From contig CP068257.2 of NCBI GenBank assembly GCA_009914755.4, positions 7,744,001-7,808,000 of the forward strand: a stretch of DNA of 64,000 bases, given 5' to 3'. Positions 52,300-64,000 of this stretch are shown here, one piece after another. The notes beneath the pieces were generated by a model that was not told where the DNA came from, did no database searches, and worked only from the letters and a program-made list of their open reading frames with translations. The DNA comes from the human T2T-CHM13v2.0 reference genome, Homo sapiens. Numbering within the stretch: position 1 is the stretch's first letter; every line of letters starts with the position of its first letter. The position numbers and the translations under genes were made by a program.

Positions 52300-53970
52300 G
52301 TGCATTATTAACATCAATAAAGCTCAGGAACCAGCTTTCACCATATTTTTGTTTAATTTACAGTTTTTCTCAGAGTCTTTGGAATAGATTCCTCCCTCCA
52401 TGAGCCAGAGAACTTACAATGTTCACTGCAGTGTCTTTAAATGTAGCAGTAGCAGCTGTGGGTTGAGAACACAAGTCTTCCACTTTTCCTTTTAGAGCCA
52501 GCCATTCATGGTGCTCTGTGTTCTTATTCAGCATTGGGTAGGGGCATCTGGGTGCTGGGCATAGCACCAGTGCCCCATGGAGGAGGGAGGCAGGAAGCCC
52601 CTTTCTTCCTTCTCTAAAACCTTTTTTCTTTATGTAGATCCAAGTTTTTAGCCTATATCATTTTCTTCTCTCTGGATAACTTCTTTTAACATTTTGACAG
52701 ATCTACTGACAGCAAATTTGTGTTTCTCTGAGAAAGTCTTTTTCTTCACTTTGGAAAGATAATTTTGCAGGATACAGAATTTTAGTTTGGTGGAATTTTT
52801 TTGCTTGCTTGCATGGGTTCTGAAGAAAAGTTTGATGCAATTTTTATTCTTATTCTAACAGGTGTTAGGCCCTGCTAAAGCCCAAGGTGGTTAGACTCTT
52901 GTGAAATGGTTTCCCTGGGGCAGGCTTTTGCTAAGGAGAACGGAACACCCAGGGCATATTTCAAAGTAGTTACTTTTCCCCTTCCCTGTGGGAAGCAGGA
53001 GGGAATTTTTCTCTGATGTGCATAAGAGCGTCTGGCAGAGCTCTTGGAGGTTCATGAAAGTGTAGGGCCCCCTAAGACTGGGCTCCCTTAATTCTTAATT
53101 CTCAAGTTTATGTGCATGGAGCCTCCAGCGATTTGTTGTTTACATGTAAGTCTTCCCACCGTGGTTCTGGCTCCAGTGGCCAGCCTCCGATCCTGTTAGG
53201 CTGGGACTCACTGCCTCTCCAATTTGGGGGATAACGGTTTGCCCTGTTAACCTCAAGTCTCTGATGGATCTAAGAAAAGTTGTTAATTTTCAGTTTGTTC
53301 AAGGTGTTTTTTGTTGTCGTTGTGAGGACAGGAGTGACAGCTTCCAAGCTGGAAAACAGAAGTCACATTTGGGTTTTGTTTCAAGATATTTTTCCAATGA
53401 CAGAGAATGATGCCACACACATTTCCATAGATGTCTTTTGATGCAGATGTGCATGCGTTTCTGTTATCCTAAGAGTGAAATACCTGAGTCCTAAATGTGC
53501 TCCTTTCTAGAACCTTTATTCAATGCCAAACACAGTATCCCCTCCAGCAGTGATGAGAGTTCTTGTTGCTCCAGATTCTCTCCAACACTTGGTGTTCTAT
53601 CTTTTACATTCTAGCCGTTTTGGAGGATATGTTATCCTGTTGTGATGTTAATTTGCATTTACATGAATACTAAGAAAGCTGAACACATTCAAGTTTTGCT
53701 TTTATCAATTACACGTTTAAGTGTTTTACCCATTGTTCTTTCTCTTAGTGATTTTTAAGAGCTCTTTACATATTGTTGATGTGAGCCCTCTGTCAGTTCT
53801 ATGTGTTCATAGATCTGTTTCCACTCTGCAACTTGTCTTGTCACTTTCTTAGTGGTGTCTCTTAATAAACAGAAATTCTTAATTTGAATATAGTCTAATT
53901 TATCAACTTATTCCCTTAAAACTATGGCTCATTGTGATCTGTTTAAGAAATCTGTCCCCATTCATGGTCA
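52300..53970 (-). mobile_element. Probable continuation of an old L1 (antisense), possibly internally deleted relative to the 50.8-52.0 kb fragment
   Basis: Several stretches resemble L1 antisense ORF1/ORF2 regions in word order and composition, but identity is low. Assignment is uncertain without a database search. Confidence 0.35.
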
Positions 53971-53978
53971 TAAAAATC

Positions 53979-54291
<313 letters not shown>

Positions 54292-54934
54292 CTAGGATTT
54301 CTAATTTGAAGACAGAAGCAATAAACAAAATGAGAAACCAAAATACATTCGTTTTGATTAAAGCTGAGGTCAGCCATAACTCTGAACCTAAAAAGGAGGT
54401 CACCTGAAGCAGCTGTGAGTGAGCAGGGTAAGATAGGAAGCAGAGAACCGATGCTCATTGCCAGATCTTAGGAAAAAAATAATAAATTAGGATGACATAC
54501 TTTTGCAAAATTAAAGAAATCCCCTGAGGTGCTAATACAAAATTTCATTTGTGATAGGACTAATAAAGAAATTCAGCTAGTAGTGGGATCTGTCGTGGAC
54601 TGAGTTTGATTCCAAGAACAGAAGAGGCAGGACCAGTGAGAAATAGCACAGACATATTTGCAAAAGCAGCCCTCCCACGTTAGGAAGAAGGGATACTTTT
54701 GCACAGTGAACAGCACTACAACTGCTCATCTCTTTCATGTACTATCACACATGGAATGACTGAGATACTCCTGTGTTCCACACATAGTCCTCCCTGCCCC
54801 TACTGAATAGAGAAACCCAATTTCACCTTGGCTATCTCTAGATCAATTACCTGTTAATAGGTCTGCTGTTTTCTTTACCGTTAGTTTCAAGAAGAACTAA
54901 ATATCCCCAAATGGTATTTCAGCTTCCACTTAAT

Positions 54935-56008
<1,074 letters not shown>

Positions 56009-56856
56009 AAGTTAGTTTCCTCCCTGGGGAATCAATATCTCTAAATGAGGAGAACCCAAAGTTTCACAAAAGGGAAGAAAAAGTCTGCAAGTGCAAATTA
56101 GGCATAATAGTGCAGGGAGCCCCCTCCCCTTGACTTTCAGATTCATGTGTTTTTGTTGTAAGATAAATAACACTACACGGTGGTCACTGACTCTAAGTTT
56201 ATACCACACACTGTAGGACAACATCCCAACCTCACTATGTGTTGTTTACCAGCTGGGAGCATTAATTGAGTTACATGATTCCATTCCATCATGTCAGATT
56301 CTTCTAGGTGATAGGGATTATGTTGTAAATCCAATGAATTGCACAAACATGAGCCTAATACCATATTTTTTTTTGCAGTGAAATGAATTCCTTAGTCAAA
56401 AACAATGTTGTATGGGATATCATGATGGTGAATAACAAATTATTTAAGTTCACTCATGGTAGTACCAGCAGAAAAATTGCAAATGTAAAAGGTGAGTTCG
56501 TACCCAGAATAAGTGTCTATTTCGGTGAGAACAAAATCCCTGAGGGATGGGTTTCAATGTCATCAATCTGCAAGTTGACTGGGTAGCCCCTGAGGGAAGG
56601 CTGTCATATTAGCCTTAGTTGTTCTACATTGGTCCAGATACAATTTGATTATGTAAAGTCGTGAATACCTTCTATCCTTAATATTATGTGCATCTGTTCA
56701 TGAGCCCATTGAACAAGTATCAGCTGACTAACATCTATTATATAACATGTCATTGTATGCATACGATTACTCCTCTTCAGTGGATTCCCTCTAATAAGAA
56801 TTTACTTGGGCTACAAGTATTTTCATACTTCGTGTCTATTTTAAGAAGTCATCTTC

Positions 56857-57159
56857 GGCTGGGCTTGGTGGCTCACACCTGTAATCCCAGCACTTTGGAA
56901 GGCCAAGGTGGGCGGATCAGGAGGTCAGGAGATCAAGAACATCGTGGCTAATACAGTGAAATCCAGTCTCACCTAAAAATACAAAAAAATTAGCTGGGCC
57001 TGGTGGTGGGCACCTGTAGTCCCAGCTACTCAGGAGGCTGAGGCAGGAGAATGGCGTGAACCCAGAAGGTAGAGCTTGCGAGCTTGCAGTGAGCTGAGAT
57101 CGCTCCACTGCACTCCAGCCTGGGTGACAGAGTGAGACTCTGTCTTGAAAAAAAAAATC
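56857..57159 (+). mobile_element. Alu (sense orientation) with an A-tail
   Basis: ggctgggcttggtggctcacacctgtaatcccagcactttggaagg…ctgggtgacagagtgagactctgtcttgaaaaaaaaaa. Confidence 0.9.
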
Positions 57160-57570
57160 CAACTATTCAAAAGTAAAGAAAAAAATATGTCAATCCACCA
57201 TGTGTCCACTGCACACCATCACAAATTTTAAACCATGCATGAGCTCACATTTTGAATAGAACGATCTTGGGGACAGGGGACACTAAAAGCCCCAAATATG
57301 GTCCTGTGTGGCATAATGGTTTTTTGGTAAATGCTACACTGCATACAATGGTGGTCGCTTAAGATAACAGAGCTGAAAAATTCTTACCATCTAGTAACAC
57401 TGTGGCCATGATGACATCATAGCACAACGCATTACTCATGTGTTTGCAGTGAGGCTGGTATAAGCAAACCCACTACATTTGTCAGTGGCATTAAAGGTTA
57501 GCACATCTAATTATGTACCATATGTCATACTTGGTAATGATAATAAATGACCATGTGACTAGTTTATGTA

Positions 57571-57983
57571 CAGTTGCTCCTTGAACAGCATGGATTTGAA
57601 ATGCACAAGTTCACTTATATGCAAATTTCCTTCTGTTTCTCCCACCCCTGAGACAACAGGATCAACTTCTCCTCTTCTCTTCCTCAGGCTGCTCAACATG
57701 AATATGCAGACGAAGACCTTTATGATGATCCACTTTCACTTAATGAATAGTAAACATATTTTCTCCTCCTTATGATTTTCTTAATAGAATTTTCTTTTCT
57801 CTTTCTTTAAGAATACAGTATATAATTAACAAATTATGCATTAATTGTTTATTTGATCAGCAAAGCTTGCAGTTAAGAATAGGCTATTAGTAGTTAAGTT
57901 TGGGGATAGCCCAGAGTTATATATGGATTTTCAACTGCACAGGAGCTGGTCCCCTAACCCTTGCACTGTTCAAGGATCAACAG
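57571..57983. mobile_element. Non-autonomous Tc1/mariner-type DNA transposon (Tigger/MER-like MITE, ~413 bp) with terminal inverted repeats and a TA target-site duplication
   Basis: The 5' terminus cagttgctccttgaacagcatggatttgaa and the 3' terminus …ttcaactgcacaggagctggtcccctaacccttgcactgttcaaggatcaacag form terminal inverted repeats. They are flanked by TA at 57569-57570 and 57984-57985. The internal section …ttctcctccttatgattttcttaata… matches my recollection of this family's consensus. Confidence 0.6.
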
Positions 57984-58638
57984 TATTTACAATACTATAC
58001 ATTTTATTCATATTTTAGAGTGTAGTACTTCTACTCATGAAAAATAATTAACTATAAAACAGCGTCGGGAAGGTCTTTCAGGAGTTCTTCCAGAAGAAAG
58101 CCTTGTTATCATAGAAGATGACAGCTGCATATATGTTATTGCCCTTGAAGACCCTGAAGACCTTTCACTGGGACAAGATTTGGAGATGGAAGACAGTGAT
58201 ATTGATTATCCTGACCCTTACAGGGCTAAGCTAGTGTGTGTGTTTGTATCTTAGTTTTTAACAAAAAAGTTTAAAACATAAAAAATAAAAATAAATAAAG
58301 CTTATCAAATAAGGATGTAAAGTATTTCTGTACAGCTGTTCAATGTGTTTTTGTTTTAAGATGTGTTATTATAAGAATCAAAAAGTTAAAAAAATTAAAA
58401 GTTTATAAAGTTACGATAAGCTAAGATGAACTTGTTAAAGAAAGAAAAATTTCAAATACATTTAGTGTAGCCTAAGTGTACAGTGCATATAAAGTCTATA
58501 GTTATGTACAGTAATATCCTAGGCCTTTGCATTCACTCACCAAGTACTCACTGACTCATCAGAGCAACTGCCAGTCCTGCAACCTCTGTTCATGCTAGGT
58601 GTCCTATACTGGTGTACCACTCTCTTTAACTTTTGTAA

Positions 58639-58917
<279 letters not shown>

Positions 58918-58982
58918 GTACTATGTTTTTACTGTATCTTTTCCATGTTTAGATATTACTATTGTGATATAACTGCCTACAG

Positions 58983-59618
<636 letters not shown>

Positions 59619-60965
59619 GCCTACTGTATTCAGCACAGTGACGTGCTGCACAGGTGTGTAGCCCAGGAGCAATAGGCTGTACGATATAGCCTAGGTATGT
59701 AGTAGGCTACACTGTCTAGGTTTGTATAAACTACATTCTATGGTGTCTGCACAGCCACAAAATCACGTAATGATGCATTTCTTGGAATATATTACCATTA
59801 AATGAGATTTACCTGTATTAGTGTCATCTCAGGTTTATTGTCTAGTAATTTTAAAAGTATTTGTATATTCTTTCCCAGACACATCATCATACTCCGGTGC
59901 ATATCTCTATTTTATTCCCTAGACCCATTCTTAATTTTTCTACGTTCTGCTTTGTTCCTTAGGAGGCTCACCTGAATTGGATACTGCAGAGATCTCCCTT
60001 ACCCTCATGCTTTTATTGGGGTTCAGCTAATGGAGGGGGTGGCAGAAGATAGGTGAGAGAAGAGTGTGTTTATCCCCCACCTCTGCCCCTGCAGGGTCAG
60101 CACAGGCAGACTGTGTCCCTTTGCTGAAGATCACAGCTTCTGTCTGGTGCCTTCTTGGCAAGCTGGCACTCTCTCTAGTCAGGTGACTGCTTGGTCCCTT
60201 ACTACTTACACTCTTCTGTCTGGTTTCTTTGTGTCTTTCCTGCTGTGCTGTAAGTAGTCCCTTTATTAGAATCCATCCACATTACCCAGTTATATAAAGA
60301 CAAATAGTTGGTCACTGATCTAGTTCACTCCCTGAGAATCAGCCTTCATCAAAGATCCCTAGCAGTCAGATATTCTGTTGGCCGCTCCATTCCTGCTCCC
60401 CATTATTCTAGTTGTGTCTTCCTTGTCTCTAGTGCAATCACAAAGCATAAGCGCCTCCACTGTCACTTGTTCTAGGATCACATCATTCCCCTTGAAATCA
60501 GAGAACCCACAATCTCCCCAAGCCCACAAAATTCAGCCGTCACAGTACTTTTCAAGCATGCCAGCAGCCCTCCCCAACAAACGAATCCTTAATTTCTTAG
60601 AGAAACATCTTCTGGGGCTTCCTGTGGGACACAGTGGGGGTCGGCTTGGCATGTGGATCACACCTGATATTTTTACCCCCACCTCCTACTATTCCTATTC
60701 CTTTGTATGCACCTCTCTTTATTATGCTAGGAAAGCTCTGGCAACACAACCTCAAAATAAGCAGGCCAGTGTGGATTCACAGTTTCTGTCAGACAAACTT
60801 GAGCACCCCTTCTAACTTCTTGGGCTAAGACTTTAACTTCAGAATCTCTATGTATCCATGTTGATAAACTTAGCCTATGTCAAGATTATATTCTGCATGC
60901 CTTAGTCAAACACCATGTAAATCTATGCCTCATATATTCTCTAGGCTTTAGCTGATAGGGATTAG

Positions 60966-61329
<364 letters not shown>

Positions 61330-61559
61330 GACTCCATTGCACTCTTACAGACCATGTTGACAAAATTATAACTGCAACAGTCAACTACAATAGCAATTTT
61401 ACCTCTCATATACCACTTGAAAAAACACATCATTCCCAATAACCACATTTGATGATTTAAGTAATCACGATACCACCGTACACTACAGATGATCAGGTTT
61501 CTGTCTCCTCCTGACAAGAAGGTCAGGAATTCATTCCGACTAAAACGGGTCAGCAAACC

Positions 61560-63250
61560 AGTTCCAGGTTCTCATCTGTAAAGATCTACTTCTAGAGGTG
61601 TCCACCTGGAGCCTGGTGAACATTGGACATCAAACACCAGGTTGACACTATTTCTTCATCTTCAACAAAAACCACACAAACAAGCTTTGGAGAAAGAACT
61701 CCCTCCTCTCAATAGATGGTGCTGGGATAAAACGGCTAGCCAGTTGCAGAAGAAAAACAGTGGGCCCCTGTGTCTCACCATGTACAGAAATTAACGCAAG
61801 ATGAATGAAAGCTGTAAATGCAAGACCTCAAACTATTAAAAGCCTGCAAGGGAACCTAGGAAACACACTTCCTGACAGAGGATTTGGCACAGCATGGATA
61901 TGCCTAAGTCCCCAAAAGCAAGTGCAACTAAAACAATTATTGACAAGTGGGACCTAATATATAAAAGAGCTGCTGAACAGCAGAAGAAATTACCAACAGA
62001 GTAAACAGAAAGCCTATACAATGGGAGAAAATGTCCCCACATATGCATCTCATGAAGTCTGATTTCCAGGATCTACCTCAAAAATGTTAAGCAAATAAAT
62101 CAGCAAAACAAAAACTCAGTGAAGAAAGGGCAAAGGGCATGAAAACACACATCTCAAAGGAAGGTTTATAGCAACCAACGGACAGGACATTTCTCTACCT
62201 CAGTATTCATCAGAGAAATGCAAAGCAAAAGGCCCATGAGATAGTATTTCACACTGGTCAGAATGACAATTATGACACAGTCCACAAGAATGAATGCCAG
62301 CGAGGCAGAGGAGGAGAGGATGCTGGTCTGCTGTTGGTAGAAATGCAAACTAGTTCAGACACCATGGAAAACGATGTGGGGATTTCTCAAATAACTTTCT
62401 CGACATCACCAATCCTCACAAAAATGTCCACAAAAACCACACTAAGAGTCCATCTCATTCCACTCAGAATGAATACTACCAAAGACAAACAAAACACAAA
62501 TTTTTAAAGGTGACAGCCAGTGTAGACTTACAGAAGAGAAACCTCTTAAATGCTATTGGTGGGGATGTAAATTAGTATACACACTATGAAAAACAGCTAG
62601 AGGTTCCTGAAAAAATTCACAGTACAACTACCATGTCAGCTAGAAGCCCCATCACTGGTTCCACAATTAAAGCACTTGAAATCCCTAGGTTGAAGAGAGT
62701 TACCTGCCTTCCCATGGGTACTAAAGCACCCCTAACTGTGGTCAAGGTACAAAACCAACCTACCTGTCCGTACACAGCTTCAGGGATGAAGAAACTGCCA
62801 TACAGATACACCACGGAATATGTTTCAGCCATAAAGCTTTGGGAAATCCTGCCATCTGCAGCCACATGAAGAAACCTGGAGAACATCAGGTCCAACAAAT
62901 GAGCCTGGCAGAGAAAGTCCCATGCCACGTGATCTCAGACATGTAGACTGAAAAAAGCTTTATCTCCTAGAAGTAGAAAGTTCAATAGGGATTACCAGAG
63001 GCTGCTGGGGAGGTGGAGAGGGTCGGGGAAGGAATCAGTAATGGGTACAAAGTTACTCTTAGATGACAGTAATCAATTCTGGTCTTCTATTCTACAGCAG
63101 GGTGACTAGCCTTAATACAAATGTATCATATATTTCAAAGTAGCTAGAAGGAAAGATTCTGAATGTTGTTACCACTCAAAAAGTAGTAACTATGAGGTGA
63201 AGAGATGCTAAATAACTTGATTTTTTCATTACTCAACATATACATGTATC
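61560..63250 (+). mobile_element. Old L1 (L1M/L1P-type) ORF2 C-terminal region plus 3'UTR, sense orientation (5' boundary uncertain)
   Basis: Colinear with L1 sense sequence: …caatagatggtgctgggataaaacggctagccagttgcagaagaaa…, …cagagaaatgcaaagcaaaaggcccatgagatagtatttcacactggtcagaatg…, …ctgctgttggtagaaatgcaaactagttcagacaccatggaaaacgatgtggggatttctcaaa…, …tgctattggtggggatgtaaattagtatac…, …ggctgctggggaggtggagagggtcggggaagg…. Confidence 0.7.
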
Positions 63251-63599
63251 GAAATCTTCCTTGTACCCTCTACTTATATACACTTAGTGTATGGTAAATA
63301 ATGTTTTAAGAAATACAAAGAAACAATGCCAAAATTTATGTGGAAATACGAAACACCCTGAATTTCTAAAGCAATCCTGAGAAATACAAACCATATGGGC
63401 TGCATCACATTCCCTGAGTTCTAATTAAACGAAAATCCCTAGTTAACCAATCCATATGTTACTGGCATACACAGAGAAACACAGACCAGTGAGCAAAATG
63501 AGAGCGCTCAATAATAAACACAAACTTACACAGAGTGAACACATTTTTCAAAACACCACCAAAACAACACAATGGGGAAGGTTTCCAAAACTAGATATC

Positions 63600-64000
63600 C
63601 ATATGCAAAAGAATAATACAGGACTCTTGTGGTACTAAATAATACAGGACTCTTGTGGTACCAAAAAAAACACTTTAACTCAAAAGGATTAAAGATTATT
63701 CACAAAACTTGCAACCATAAAGCTCTTATAAACACAACCTCGAGTGTGTGTATATTTAGGGAAGCTTGGATGTATGCTCACGGTTTGCAAAAAGTGTGGT
63801 ACTAAATAATACAAATAGTGTGTACTAAATAATAAAAAATATTTTTATTTTGTATTATTTTGTATTTATACTAAATAATACAAAATATATTTAGTGTACT
63901 AAATAATACAAAAAGTGTGGCACTAAATAATACAGAAATAATTCACAAAACTTGCAACCATAAAGCTCTTATAAACACAACCTCGAGTGTGTGTATATTT
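63600..64000. repeat. Local tandem duplication / short minisatellite: repeated …(gtg)tactaaataatacaaa… motifs, plus a ~64-bp block (attcacaaaacttgcaaccataaagctcttataaacacaacctcgagtgtgtgtatattt) present at 63697-63760 and 63941-64000
   Basis: Direct reading. The second copy is cut by the window end. Confidence 0.75.

Noticed and set aside
56383-56586. A 67-aa plus-strand ORF (MNSLVKNNVVWDIMMVNNKLFKFTHGSTSRKIANVKGEFVPRISVYFGENKIPEGWVSMSSICKLTG) in unique DNA; I briefly considered a ribosomal-protein retro-fragment
   Set aside because: I could not align it convincingly to RPL28, RPS21 or any other small protein from memory. There is no poly(A) or TSD signature nearby beyond the EIF3F retro-copy, which ends upstream. 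It is of the size expected by chance in 8 kb of unique sequence.

Overview
This window is human (or closely related primate) nuclear DNA and contains no functional protein-coding gene. It holds many Alu elements, L1 fragments, an intronless EIF3F retro-copy and classic mammalian DNA-transposon relics. Two unusual tandem structures account for about 80% of the window. (1) Positions 1-33420 are one uninterrupted array of an AT-rich 42-bp repeat. The consensus is about tttatgtacagtatataatatatactttgggtactttgatat, roughly 790 units all in one orientation. The array runs off the left edge, so its true size is unknown. It has a mosaic higher-order organisation: monomeric runs near 4.5-6.6 kb, then blocks of 7, 8 and 12 monomers recurring at about 295, 335, 500 and 795 bp spacing from 20 to 32.5 kb, and diverged monomers at the inner edge 33.0-33.4 kb. 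(2) Positions 33421-50720 are a macrosatellite-like array of 8 head-to-tail copies of a 1.9-2.9 kb composite unit. Each unit is a minus-strand Alu (about 290 bp), a conserved single-copy segment of about 570 bp, and an AT-rich core of variable length (0.5-2.1 kb) built from TA-rich patterns with private micro-expansions. Copies 1-5 are near-identical and share derived mutations. Copies 6-8 are clearly more diverged, which points to a recent expansion at the end next to the 42-bp array. Downstream (50.7-64 kb) is ordinary interspersed-repeat sequence: an L1 3' fragment on the minus strand with an Alu inserted in it; further Alus; a 5'-truncated, frameshifted, polyadenylated EIF3F processed pseudogene; a Tc1/mariner-type MITE with TA target-site duplications; a hAT-like MITE with 8-bp TSDs carrying a nested Alu that has its own TSDs; a young AluY with 12-bp TSDs; an old L1 ORF2/3'UTR fragment; and a short local duplication cut by the window end. 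All ORFs in the supplied track inside the tandem arrays are artefacts of AT-rich repeats whose 42-bp period (14 codons) preserves reading frame. Family names were assigned by recognising consensus sequences from memory, and no database search was possible.
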